Positions 1 through 14,370 of a stretch of DNA of 64,000 nucleotides are shown here, in pieces. Source of the stretch: Auanema rhodensis. Taxonomy: Eukaryota > Animalia > Nematoda. How positions within the stretch are numbered: position 1 is the stretch's first letter; each line of letters starts with the position of its first letter. The notes under the pieces were generated by a model. That model was not told where the DNA came from. It worked only from the letters and a program-made list of their open reading frames with translations, and made no database searches. The position numbers and the translations under genes were made by a program. The DNA lies in assembly GCA_964057225.1 (NCBI GenBank), contig OZ059899.1:5394001-5458000 (forward strand), read 5' to 3'.

Positions 1-2015
1 CTCTACTCCATAACCGTGATAGTAGAACTTACAGAATTATATTGTCTGGTGTCATTCTTCTTCTTACATGACTATTCTTATATAGATTGCCTGGCCTTCA
101 TTCATGTATATATTCGTGTATCTTCAGCGTAATAATGGCATTGCCTCAGGCACCTGTATTACTTGATCTTTTTTTGCTTTTCATTTTCCTCCTTATCTTG
201 CGATTCCGTTTGGAGTTTTCTCATTATCACCTCATGGCCTCATTCGTGTTCATCACAGAGCTTTTTGAGCCAGTTTTACCTCAAATCTTTCTCAAATCAC
301 TGCCAGACTATTGCTGAATGTGCTAACTACGTCTTTCTGGATTATCTATCTCCTCATTATCCTTGCTTTTCTTTCGTTTTCTCTTTTCCGTTCAATCTAT
401 ATCACCTGATACATTTGCTTCTAAACAGTCGTCAAGTAGGTCTGATTACGAGATATCAGAAAAACCGAACGCAAACTTCCAAAATCTCTGAATCTTCATC
501 AACTTGTGAAGGCGCTGTAACGTAATAAATATGTTTTTTCATTACTTTATAAAACAATTAATCATGATCATTTTTGTTTTCATATAAAGTAAAAAAAGCC
601 ACACATACAATAAGAATAAATGTGATATGGTTCATAAATTGTCTTCAATATTTGACAGCTGTTGGTGATCTTGAGGGTCAAGTTCAAGCCAGCTGTTCTT
701 GTATTTTCAAAAACTTTTCTCATCGTTCGGCACTTTGCGTCGAAAGAGGAAGAGAAAAGCCGGGAAGATATCCTCACTAGTACATATGCGGCTTCAACTT
801 CGTTGTCATTGTTGGACACATCATATGATATATCTCATTTCATCCATCACAATCAGTGAAGTAACGATCAAACATTTAGATAATAATTATATTATTAGTT
901 AGATAAAGGTGAAATTCTTGTTAATATTGTCTAAATTTTCATCTTAATATCTTAGAATATTAATAACGACATTTGAATTGTCATAGTGTTATGTTTGAAT
1001 GAATATCAGAACTTATGATTAAAACTTATTTAGTTTAATCAAAAAATTTAGAAATGAGAAATGAATTTAACAGTTCATTTTCTCATTTATCGATAAATAA
1101 ATATTTCCTGTCCCGGTTTCCTCTGCCATGTGACTGACAACACTTCTAACAGTGTTGATCAATCATGCCTAATGATTCATGGTGCTTGTGGATAATTCTT
1201 GAAATTTTGCGTACAAATAAACGACGTACTTGGATGTGATAGACTAAAACCATTTTTTTTATTCTCACCTTCAACTTAAATCTTTATTAAAACCTGTATA
1301 GAATTCAATCTATATGTTTTGATATGTGTGATTGTTGTGAAAACATGAATTTCTTTAATATGATATGATAATCATATTTGAATAGCAACAATGTTTTATT
1401 TGGTTAAAAATTAAAATTTTAAATACATATAATGTGTTAATTTAATATATTATATATATTTATAATTATAAATAATATGAGTAAAAAAATTAAAAAAATT
1501 ATATAAGAACAACCGGTCTATTTAAAAATTTATTTCAAAAATGAATAAATCAGTTTACTCATCAGGTCATATGTTAACTGTTTTTCTTTGTTAGTCATTA
1601 AATGAAAACAATTATTTTTAAATAAAAATAATACTGTTTAATATTGCTACATATGTATATAAACTAATTTATATATATATATATATATATTATTTTTAAA
1701 TAATAATTGAATATACATGTGTACATGTTTCATTGATGTTAGTGTTTTCAGTTATCAATCATTCAACTAACCAAGTTTGTTTTACGTATTAGTTATACAT
1801 GGCCTCATCAAAAGATATCGTCTTCATCGTCGTCCGGCAATGTCATCAACCCATCATTACAAATGTTCGTTTACCTTATTAGGAACCTGATTGGGAGACT
1901 ATCTTGAGGCGTGCACAACCATCGTTTCGTCTTTTCCTTCTCTCGCTCCGACCCTCTCATACGTATTCTTCCTTGTCTACTATAACCCGTACTTTTTCAC
2001 ATGTTCACAATCACA

Positions 2016-2018
<3 letters not shown>

Positions 2019-2066
<48 letters not shown>

Positions 2067-2072
2067 TCTCTC
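2019..2072. repeat. (CT)n microsatellite
   Basis: Direct reading. Confidence 0.95.
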
Positions 2073-2910
2073 TTTTTCTCTTCTTGCATCTTTCTCTTTC
2101 CCTCTTTTCTCATTCTTTTCTCTCCTCCGTTCTTTTTAACAGGAGAGTCTTCTCTGCCATCACCAGCCTTCAGTCCATATAACTATCCGCATCGCCTTAA
2201 CCCCACCCCATCTCCTATTTTCACCCGACATCACCACCATCACCCAAAATGAAGACGACCACGACGATGACGATGACAATGAAGTTGACGATGCCGACCC
2301 CATGTTGTTCCATTTTCGGGCGGTATTAACCTCTGTTTTCTACATTCAATCGAGTATTTCATTTTTCTAATTCCATATGTATCATCGTGTACAAGCTATT
2401 CTTGTCCACATACATATCTCAAGTACTGGAATTCTTTTAAAAAGCTCACAGTTCAAACATCATCATGTACTATTTTCGCTGTCATCATTATTATCTTTTT
2501 ACTTTTTATATACTATTCAATACAAATCTAATCATTCAACTTGATTAATAGTAAAATTGATCTAACATTCATTCTGTTATTCCCTTCCACGTTTTCAATC
2601 ATAAGATTCAATAAGCCACTTCAACATGTTTTTGATTGTCTTTTATTCATCAATATATTATTTTAAACATAAAAAATTAATAAGAACCAGATCATTTTTT
2701 TCAAAATAAGAACTATTACTGTAGTTCCGTATAAATCTTCTAATATAAATTTTAATTTATTTACTAAACAAAAATAAATTCTAAGTTTTCCTAAATTCAC
2801 TATTAAAATATGTTTGATTTTTTTATCATTACTTATATAATTTATGTGATGATTTTCAAGATTTTAATTATAGCAAGATAGGATATTTAATTTTGATAAG
2901 CTTATATATG

Positions 2911-2917
<7 letters not shown>

Positions 2918-2983
<66 letters not shown>
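2918..2983. repeat. (AT)n microsatellite
   Basis: Direct reading. Confidence 0.95.
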
Positions 2984-2987
<4 letters not shown>

Positions 2988-5900
2988 TTAACAAATTAAT
3001 AATTATTTATTTAGTTTTACCGATTACTGAGAAATATTATTTTTATATTTAATTATTATTTACATAAATTCATTAAACATGTGGCTGAATATGTTACATA
3101 GATTAGAGCATTTTCTTATCATGTTTCAGTTGTTATGATAGTTTATTGAACTTATTGTACTAAAAAAAATTATGATTAAAGACAAAAGTAATGTGTAAAT
3201 TTGAAATAATATGAAAGATAACAGAAAATGTTTTAAAGTTTATATATAAATATGTATGTATTAAGTTATCACAATCAGTTTCAACAAAAAAATTAATTAC
3301 AAGATAACAGAATATTTTAAAATTATTTTATTTTACTCAATTCTTTATGTGTTTTTATCAGTTCCTATATATATATTATATATATATAAAATCTTATTTT
3401 GTTTATATGTAATATATAAAATTATTTATTAAAATATTTATTTACATTTATAAAATTTCTTTTTTTTCTTCAATTTTTGAAATATTTAATCTTATATAAT
3501 CAGCATAGCATTTCATAAACAGATAACAATTATGCTATGATTCTACTCCCATACAATCGTTTGATAGAAACTGATTTCTGATTTTTCAAACATGTAGTTT
3601 CAAATGAAAAAATGCTTTTCAAGTAGGGTACAACTTTGCCTGCTCAGCTCAAAGAATAGTTTCTGAGTGAGTGGAAGATTAAGTGATGTGAACCTTCTTC
3701 TTCTTTTTCTGTCATGCTTATCTCTGTCTCTGTCACATTCTTGTCGGGTATAACCGCAGAAACATTCATTTGTTTTATTCAGACATGATAATCTTAATCA
3801 TTCGTGCAATATTGAACCGTTTCTGAACTCGTGGGAGCTGAATCGCTTTAATGTATCAGGGCTCCACCTCCTTTTAACACCATGGATAATGGGTCTGTCT
3901 GCTTTCTTCTAGTTGCCTTTCTTATACATATCATCCTATATGCTCATCATGTTATATGTAATAATGTTGTTACTACTACTATGATATGATGTTATTGCTA
4001 CTTGTTCACATCCATTGAGCGAACAAATCAGACATGGGCTGGTTTTCATCTGATTCGGCCACTGTCTGACTCGGCTACACAGTCCCCGTTGTTTTCACGG
4101 ATAATTTCCGTTAATTTCATTCACCATTTTCCATGATTGTTCCCATTGCAAATGAACATTTTTTTTGCATCTTTTCGTATCAACTTTTCCATTCAATTCG
4201 TGAATTAGCCACGCCCTTGGTTATTCACAATTTCGTTACGAGACCATATATACACTAAGAAAGCGTAACTCTGATTGCTTGAAACAGTGAAGCCATCAAA
4301 GTACCGTTCAATCGTTATGCATATTATTTATCTTAAACTATAATAAACATATAATATACTTAATCATTCATATTTTTATTATTAATATGATTGAAAGTAA
4401 ATATGTGTTCTTATGTGGCAATTTCTCCATTTGTAACGTTTTTTGTCTTCATTTTTATTATCAAAATATTCTAAATATGTCATAAAATCTCGTTATCGTC
4501 ATCAAATCGTCATATCTCGAATTGCTTAATATATAGTTTGTGTTATTCTTAATCAAATGATCAAGCAAACTTTTTCAGACAAATTTTTTTCTTTACAAAA
4601 CCAACCAAACAAACAAACATTTGTTAATTCATTCCCAAATAAACCAAAATCTTTTAAACTTTGACTAACCCATTCAGCTGGGTAAGGATCAGACATCATT
4701 TTTGACGAACTCTATTATTTGTGGTAAATTTTGATCGTACATAAGATAAACTACCTCTTTTTGTATGTTTTTATATTTTTTTTTATGCCTAAGTCTTCTT
4801 TACTATTTTTCTAAATTGATTTTTTAATATTTTATTATTTAAATGCATTGTATTAATATTTCTGATTATTATTGATTATTAATCACCAGAAACATTAATC
4901 TTTTTTTGTGTATAAGAAGTGTCGGAGTAGATAATTAATAAAATAACCTGATAATGACCCGTAGATTTACGTGAAGAAACGTGCGAATTATTGTATTTCA
5001 TGCAGATGTTCTAAGCGGTTATTCTTGCCACTTTTGAATCTCTCGATCTCTTTCCTACTCTCTTTCAACCTCTATCTTTCCCTCTCCTTCTCTAATTCTC
5101 TCTCTTTCTCTCTATCTCATTCTATCTTTTCGTATTCTCTATCTATTCCCTTTCCTTTAATTTTGCGCTCTCCAGCATGGTATCAGACAGCCTATCAGCA
5201 AGTCAACCATCACCATCATCACACATTCTTTCAGTTTCTCCTCGCTTCAAACCTGTTCATCATCAGAAGTTAGATGACAGACAGACAGACAATCAGGCAG
5301 ACAGCATGGGCGTTTCCCATCTTCTGAACTCCGCACAAGAATCCTTCTTCTTCCTCTTCCTCGTCATCTTTGTCATCTTGTTCTACCTTTACCTCGTACA
5401 CCACCTCCTACTCGTTGTTCTTACTTCTCTCCACATTTTACTTCATCTTTTCGACTCCTTTTCCCATCATCGCCTCATCATCCTCGTCATCTTTGTCAAT
5501 TTTCACGCAATTGTTCTCCGCAATCAACCTCCAACTTTTGTCTTTTTTTATTGTCCAATCCTTTTATAGTTTTCTTACATTTCGAATGAGATTTTCAAAA
5601 ACCCTCGTTTTAGTACAAACATAGTTTGAATTTCTTTCTTTTATTTGTTTCATTCATTACCATTTTGCACTTTTTTTTTGAAAAATGAAGCTCTGATATT
5701 TATTTATCATTGTTCTATCATATATAAATGAATATTTAACATCAAGAAATGTCTAAAGTATTTTTATAATTTCTTTTGGTTTTCAAGTATTTTTACCTTC
5801 TTTTCATAAAATAAAAAATATTTTATAGATGACAGAATTGAGATTTCGTGTATCCCCATATTACTTATGACTGAAATATGGCAGTTACTGGCTTATGCTG

Positions 5901-7254
5901 TCAGATCATGCAAACCACCTAGGGTATAAGGCAAATGATTGTCTTAGCCTATTTCTCATTCAGTAAACCCTTCATCTTTGTCTGTATTCGAACACACACT
6001 ATGAAAATCCTTTTATTTCTTCAATACCTTCATCATCATCAATGATTCTTATCCTCTCTTTTCTTTTTTAATCTTTCATTCATTCATATTCACACCCACA
6101 CACACACACACACACATACATAACGCTCTTCTCGTAGTTTTTAAATTGTTTTATTCTTTAATTGAAATATTTATTAAATATTCTATATCATAATATTATC
6201 AGATAACTTTCTTTCTACTTTCTCTTCATCATCCTTTATTCATATTTTGATGTTGTCTCCAACATTTGTGTTTGTTTTCTCATCTTACTTTCCGTATTAG
6301 TCAAGACATTTAACTTTAAGTTTTTCCTTTATTTTCTTTTTATTTTATGATATCATCTTTATATAGATATAGAGGTATATCTTATAATCTTTATTAATAT
6401 AATTTCTAATTGTACTTTCTTTAAATATTCGATTCGTTCGTTTATATAGAAAGTTTAATATTAATTATTATAATTTAAATGTTTATTTTCTTTTATATTT
6501 CTTATTTGACCCCTAAAATAATCTTTTTTTTATATATTTATATTATATTTTACTTTAAATCTTCTTATGTATTATATAATCAGGATTATATATTTCTTAT
6601 ATGAATATTTTTCAAAACTATAAGGTCATTCAACAATTTTTTTTTCGTTTTCATATTCTTATTCTTCTGTTTTGTATATTAATTCTCTTTTGAAGATTTG
6701 TTTCCGTTTAATACCTTATCTTTCTATATATTGCACTTCAAAAATTCATTGGTCTTCCAACTGTTCACAGTTCCAGCTCTTTGTCATTTTTCTTTTCCCT
6801 CTTTATCTTCTTCTTTATTTCTATTTTCCTCTTCTTTTCTCTGCATCTCTCATTTTTCAATGAAATAAATTTAAAAAAACACCAAAAGACCTCCGAAAGT
6901 AAAGTTTTCTTTTCCTACCTACTCCTTGAAAATCGTCTTTGTTTTTATCATTTTGCAATACTAAAGTCATCACTATTCACCTCAGACTGCCTTTGTTAGG
7001 CTAGGTCAGTAGAAATGGTTGAAGGAACACTGTCCATCGTTGCTTGTCTTCTTGCAATACTGCCATAGGAAGTGGGCGACCCCAGCCTCACCTTCTTTTC
7101 ACTCAGACCTTTTCGTGTTATCTGCCACGCCCAAGGACGATGGACGTCCAACTTTCTTCGGTGTTTACTTCATTCTTTTCATTTCTTTTTAAAATTAATA
7201 AAAAAATGCAACAGCATGAATTTCAGTGAGAATTTCAAAGACAAAGAAAAACGT

Positions 7255-7258
7255 GAGA

Positions 7259-7334
<76 letters not shown>
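7255..7334. repeat. (GA)n microsatellite
   Basis: Direct reading, one interruption. Confidence 0.95.
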
Positions 7335-7340
<6 letters not shown>

Positions 7341-9831
7341 TAAAAAAAGAAAGAGATAGAGAAAGACTAAGCTTTACTATAATGTTTCATGTTACTTTCT
7401 TAGCTTAACATAACAATAGTTTTTGAATAATTTTTCAAAGAAAATCGTTGATTTTGCCATCTTCGAACATGAAATCTAAATTTCTAAATCACTGATTTCT
7501 TTCTGGACAATTGCTGTCGTCTCAAAACTTAAGTTTTTCTTTTGCTAACCGTTCAAAAATCGTCCATAACAATCGAAAAATCATTGTCGGTCTTTTAGTT
7601 TTGTCCGACTGTCGTCTGCCAGTCCGATTGTCGGATAGTTGTGTTGCCACTCTTGGACGGTTGTCGATTAAACTTGTTTCTGTTTCTCTTGGTAATTATG
7701 GTTGGGCATTCCCATACTTTTAGTGTTGTAAATTATTATCTTCATCATCATCATAATCATTATAAAATTATAATTAGATGACAACTGTTATCATGTAGAC
7801 AGTATATTCGGAGTATTCTTATAAAATGTTTCACATCTTCTTATTCATAAATTTGTTCAAATTCTAATTTTTCTATAGTTTTATATGATAAGATGTTGCC
7901 CACATATAATCAATCGCTCTCTGTATCTACTAATCACAGTTCGAATTTTGGACGACAACTTCTGATGATGAACACGTTTGAGCTGACGATGAACGGAACG
8001 CTTCAGATGAGAGGCGATTTCGGCGGTCTAGAACTTGGTCCAAAAGTTATGATCATCTGATGTGAGATCGATGAAAGAAGAACTTGTTTTCCTTATATGT
8101 CATCACCCAGTTAGCTCTGCTTGTCACACGAATCTCCAGCTTCGCCTCTTTCTCTCTCTCTTTTTCCTCTCTTTAATTCTTTTCCCCTCTACGACTCTCT
8201 CTTTTTATATTTTCTGTCAATATCTCTATTCTAGTCTATCTGCTATCAAAACTGTTCTACAAGCCCTCAAGCTATATTCCTCGTTTTTATGTTTCCCCGA
8301 GGCTGTGTGTCTTGAACATGTGTATTCTCACTCTCTATACAACACATATAGTCTCAAAATTTTAACTAGAAAATCAGAAAAAAAAATTGTTTGTATTCCA
8401 ATATTCTATATCATGAACCTATGTATTATTATCTTTGTCATCATTATCATCCATTCATCGAATACATCTCTTTTCAATTCTTTAGGTCCTTTCTTTAGAT
8501 TGAAAAGCCATATCTGAAATCAGTTTATCACCTTGTTCACAACGGCTAGTTCTTACATTTGAAGTACATGTATTAGCTTTTGCAAATCATCTGATGCCTT
8601 TAATCCTATTACAAAAAAACTTTTCTTTATCGATTTTCAGCGTTTAACATCTGAAAAAGTCGATGATAATCTCAGGAATATAAAAAAAACGGAAATGCCC
8701 AATTAAGGACATTAGTTTGCAAAAGACTAAAGGAGAATGAACAAGGCCTAGCACCTACGTCGTCTTCTATCCCGCCCTCTCTACATGCGCCTCTCAGATC
8801 ATCAACTTCAATGTTCATGATGTCGTTTTAGATATCTTCGTTGTTCGATGTCGACGTCGTCTTTGTACGATGTTGTTTCGATGTTGACAGTGACATTGCC
8901 GACGACATGATGTCGTCGTGGGTGCTGCGCTTCAGAAGATGAAAATTCAGCAGCAGCGTTAACGTCGACAACGCATCTCTGAAAGCCAAAAGGTCATCTG
9001 GGGCGTGGTTGGGACATCAACCACACAGCAGCAAGTTGTATTCCTGTCCTTTTCTCTCTTCCTCTCCCTCTCTCTTTTTCTCTCTTTTTCAGTTCAGGAA
9101 CTCCTCCCTCTTTCCCTGTCTCCCTCTTCCCTTCTTCAACCACAACCCGTAACCCATTCACAGTTCCAATAGAACGTACTCTTTTCAACTTTTCAATGTC
9201 TCCCACCCCCTCTTTCTCTCTTCTATCTCTATCTAATACTAACGACCCATTTGTTCATCTTTTTTTTTCATTTTTCATCATTAAAAATTTGGAATATACG
9301 CCATAAAACTTCTTGATAAGCTTTACCACTCTATCCGGGCCATCGTTGTCAAGTTAGGCTTCGTCGCCTATCAGTTCATCGTCTTAGAAGTATCTTATGA
9401 AGATTGCTAATTCTCCTATTTCATTTAATCTGTCAATATAATTTTTATTTTCATCAACTAAATAGATTGTTTTTCTATTAATTTAAAAAAAAAAAGATTT
9501 ATTTCATCTCAATTAACCCGGCAACAAGTTATAATTCTTACACATTCACATAGGGAGATCAATCCAAGTTGCTGCTTAAACAATACTGAATGTATTTTTA
9601 TTATTTTTTATTCTTTACGAACAGTTTTTTACTACATTTTGGAAAAACAAGAAAAGTTTTAAAATTTGCGTCATCTCCTAACCTCGTCTTCAGTTTTTAT
9701 TTTATTTTTTCAATAATTTGCTTTTTGATGTCTTCGTCCATTTTGTCGTATTTTCTTCCTCTTCCACTTCGATATGTTCAACCACTAATCGCAAGTTTGT
9801 TGATTTCAGAATCATCTCTCAGCCGGTCTGG

Positions 9832-12012
9832 ATGATTAACAACACCGGCAGCTCATTCGAATCGACAGTTCAGTCGTCGTCGAGTTCATCGACAACAACA
9901 TTTTCAGTGGAAAATGTTGTGCATATTCCTAATAAGCCACGACTATCCATTGATGCCACTGCCCGAGCCACCAATACTATTAGGCTGTCCCCCGGCTTCT
10001 TAGAAACAGGTTCGAAATACAAACTAAATTTTTATTTTTAATAAATTAACATATTTATATAAATATCTCTATATTTAACTTTACAATAATAATGTTATAT
10101 ACTATATGGCATAAATTAAATTTATTCTTTACTTAATTTGCACTTAAGCCAAGTTACTAAATTCAGTGGGAGTAAATTTCACGTGAATATATTGTGTAAA
10201 AGTTCACATTGAACTCATTAAAGTTTAAAAAATAACATTTGAAATACGAAAAATGTTGTTTTTAAGGTTAATATTCAAATATCTATAAAATAACTTTTTT
10301 TTTCTGATATGGTTGATTTTCTGTAGGATTACGGTAGCCTACCGTAACCCATTCATAAATACAATATTCAATTGTTTTATTACCGTTGACAACCTAATAT
10401 CATCATCAACATCATGCTAATAGCTTTTCAAAAATATTCTTCTTTTTTTTCTTTTTTTAATTTCTTTTTTGTTGACAAAAACGTTATTATTCTATCATTT
10501 GTCAAATCAAATCAATGTTTCAGTTGCTTCTGGAAGTAAAGATGACGAAATTTCCAGACGAATACATGAGGCTACTAGACGTTATAATCAGTTTGGAGCT
10601 CAGTTTTTTGAACGGTTTGATAAATCATAATTTTAATCAATTAAAATCATATTTATAGGTTTCGGGAAGAATTGAATGGATCATCAGCAACATATGACCG
10701 ATTGAGAAGTAACTCATTGAGACGACGGCTAAGTAAGGTAAGCATCATATATCATTTATCGAAATTACTGCGAATGGGAGTAATAGGTGTGGGCGGGCAA
10801 TAGAGTGGCATTCCACGATGAATGTTACAGACGTTCGCTGATTATCTGTACTTTCGTCTCATCCTACTCCTACCTGATAATATTGCTTCCCCCCAATATG
10901 ATCAATCAACTGCCGTTCGCTGCCGTAACATCTTTAGCAAAAAAAGGTTTTCTATTCGTTCTGAAATCGTTTCGGCACCCTTAAAATCATTAAATCTGGT
11001 AGGGAACGAGCCTATGAACTCCGAGGGTTCTGCCTTATGGCTGACTGGTTGTCAGCATAGCGGAAGAGCCACACCCTGTTGGGTGGAGTAGACGACGATC
11101 TTCTGGTCAACGTCGTCAAGTATACGGTAGTTGATCGGAGTGAGCGAAGATGAGATGCCATAATGCAGACATCGTCTTTATCAGAATGAAGAGGAACAGG
11201 ACAATGACGACAAGGCATCAGACAGAGGATGTTCTCCAGAGTGATCATTCACGGCAACGACTACGAGGCATCATCATTTGTCATTAGCATCGATGCTAAT
11301 CAACGTGATAGTTGCGTGTAGATCAATTCAATTCATGAGATTCATGTTTTTTTATCTTGTAGCTGATAGAGGGAGGATGAGACAGACAGAGAAAGAAAGA
11401 AAGAGAAATATAAGAGTGAGAAGTACGAGAGAGAAAGTGGAAATCTGAATCACGTCGTTACTAGCTACGTAGGTCTATGTATCGATGATTCTAGAAAATT
11501 CTAGAGTTCGACCAAAGGTATTTAGATAAGCAAAGTATAAAAGAAACATCTTAATGAAGGATTGATTAAACACCATATCGAGAAGCATTTGAAAAAATCA
11601 TGGATGGCGAACATATACGTTTGATCAATTTACACAACCTATATTTCTCAAATTTTTGTTCTATAAATAGGAACTGGTATCTTCTCATTTTATCTCTCTA
11701 TCTCTCGCTCTCCCTCTATATCTCTCTTTCCTCTATTTTCTCCTTATCCTTTCCATCCCCTCTCTCTATCAATCATATCTCGTTCTCTATTCATCAGAAA
11801 GCTCTTTATTTTTGCATGAACAACATCACAAATCGTTAACTTCATGGAATGAGTTGAGATGAAAATGTCTGTATGGATGCGGTAGACGCCTTCTATGTTC
11901 TTTTCGTTTTAACTCCACCCCCAATGGTATTTCTCTTTCTCTATTTCTTTCCGAATATCGCAACTTTACTCTATCTTTCTTTATAAGAAACCCATGATTC
12001 TATTGAACAAAT

Positions 12013-12074
<62 letters not shown>

Positions 12075-14370
12075 ACACGTGTTTGGCTGCTGATTGATAT
12101 ACTAAACATCGAATATAGTTGATCAAACAATAGAAAAAGTGATAGTATTTATCACGAGTTTTATATACATTCTATTTAATTCTTAAAATAAAGAAAAAAT
12201 GAACAAAGAACAGAGGTAAAAAGAAAACTAAAATTTAAAAAAATTTCTAAACTATTCTAAAAATAGGAAAAAAAGATAAAATATATTCGAATTTATATAA
12301 TATTATTTTATAATTAAAAGAATTAATCTAAATTATTTTAAAATATATCAAAGATTATTGATGAAATTAAAAGAAAAACTCTTTGTTGATGACGATTGTA
12401 ATGAACAAAGATCTTCTAAAGGAGTCATCTCTGTCTTCTTCCAAAGACACATACCAAGTATGTACACACCTCTTTCCGCTTTCAAACATTTTTTTTTCAT
12501 CACATCGTGAAAGGTTTAAATATAATATAAAAATTATTAATAAATATAATTATATTAATAACTTTTAAGATTAAATAATTATTTTATTTCAGATGGATAG
12601 TGCTGATGATTCAGGGCGTGCTACAACATCATCTGATACATCGTCCATATCTGATCTACTGATAGAAGATGAGCCTACTGGTGGTAAGCTTATAACTCAT
12701 CAACTTTTTAAACTTATTAGCTTATGTTTCTAGCATTTTCACCATATCGTTCTCGCATGTCTGCCTTTCCATCATCCCAATCTCTTTTTGATCCTCATGA
12801 GTTTTCTACAATGTCATCACGTCTAGAGCAGATTCAAAAAGAATTTTTCGAATATCCGCACAGTATGGAATAAATTCTTTTTTTTTGTGTTTAAACTAAT
12901 ATTCTTGTATTTCAGAAACTTTCTCTTCTATCTCTGGCTTTCAAACACCTACTACTGCCCTGGGGGCAGCATTTCAAGATCTCAATATGAAAAGTAAATT
13001 TATTTTCATCATATATTTCCATAATTATTTATTATCGTTAATCTATTACTGTATAAATTATCTTTCATCTCCAGGTGCCTTTGCTCCTGTATCCAGCAAG
13101 ATTCGTCCAAACCCTTTACGAGTATCAGAGAACGTTCCTATAGTAACACCAACAACATCTAACAACGCCCCAACAATATCGAGAAGCAATACAGGATACC
13201 GTATCTCTGATCTTCTTCAGGTTCAATTTTTTTTTCAATTTTTTTCATCTTTCTCTATATTTTAGGATGAGCCAGGCTTCCGTGCTTCCAGCTCCATGAC
13301 ACCTCTAAATTCAAATGTAGGAAATTCTAAAGTTCATCGAGTTCCAATAAAGTTGGTTTCAACTGAAAATTCAAGTTTGTAAAATGTTTGAAAACCTTAT
13401 AACTTTTAAAATTTAAGATTGTGAAAGTCGGTCTACTGAAAGCCGTTTCAGTAGTTTACGTGAAGAACATGTAGATCATGATATGGATGTTCCAACATCA
13501 CCTATAGCAAAGCATGCTCGACGTAAGTATTTATCTATATAAACTATATGTATAAATATATTTTTATAGGATCATCAGCTTTTCCTTTAACAATTAATAT
13601 TGAAACTCAAAGTACAACATCTGATTTACCAAGTTCTATATCGTCATCAGTAAATAGCTTTGTTTACCAACCAAATTCATTTAATCAGGAAGTTCTGAAG
13701 AAGCAACTTGATGACTTAACTGTATAATATATAATTTATAATATTATATTAATAATTATATTTCTAATAGGCTGCATCATGCTTATCAGTTATGCCTGAT
13801 ACTAATGGCATTGTTGATCCAGAAAAAGTCCGAGAACAAGTAAAATATAGAAATTTGAAATGATACTAATCTCTTAACTTATTCAGATTAATGCTGTTCG
13901 TAATCAGATGGCTCTTTTTGAGGAAATGATTGCTAATGCTAAAACAGAACTCAATATTGAAAGATCAGAAGCTGATAGTCAAGATTCTGCTCATGTTGAT
14001 GATATGTGTGAACCATCACCATCATCATCTCATACAGACTCTGAATCATCATCACGTGATCGACGTCTTCATCATTGTACACATCCTCAATGTGGAAAGA
14101 TGTATACAAAGAGTAGTCACCTTAAAGCCCATTTTCGAACACACACAGGTTTATAATTATTTTGTCATTTATCTTAATCATTATCATCTTATAGGTGAAA
14201 AGCCATATCATTGCTCATGGCCAGGATGTGATTGGCGATTTGCTCGATCCGATGAGCTAACACGCCATTACCGTAAACATACTGGAGATCGACCTTTCAA
14301 ATGTCCAAACTGTGCTCGAGCATTCTCACGATCGGATCATTTGAGTCTCCATATGAAGCGACATTTCTAG
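9832..14370 (+). CDS. klf-1: Kruppel-like factor (three C-terminal C2H2 zinc fingers), klf-1-like; multi-exon
   Basis: C-terminus [26 protein letters not shown]|[58 protein letters not shown] is the KLF finger triplet and, from recall, closest to nematode KLF-1. The first exons join in frame through GT-AG introns: 9832-10009, 10524-10614, 10659-10737, 12593-12683; further short exons follow to the TAG at 14368-14370. The 5' exons are less certain than the finger exons. Confidence 0.9.
12016..12070. repeat. (AG)n microsatellite in klf-1 intron
   Basis: Direct reading. Confidence 0.95.

Noticed and set aside
2143-2252. Exon-like segment ESSLPSPAFSPYNYP...HHHHHPK* after an AACAG acceptor
   Set aside because: No upstream partner exon or start found; CAT/CAC/GAC low-complexity sequence is common in non-coding DNA here.
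4957-5020. ACCCGTAGAT (miR-100/51 seed) with a loose fold-back
   Set aside because: The stem needs several bulges in the seed region and the flanks do not pair; not a convincing precursor.
8837-8860. TTCGTTGTTCGATG resembling the miR-76/981 5' end
   Set aside because: No complementary arm at precursor distance.
87-9206. Many 60-150 aa ORFs rich in Leu/Ser/Phe or Glu/Arg (also throughout 29-42 kb)
   Set aside because: They are translations of CT/AG microsatellites and pyrimidine tracts, mostly with non-ATG starts and no consistent exon chains.
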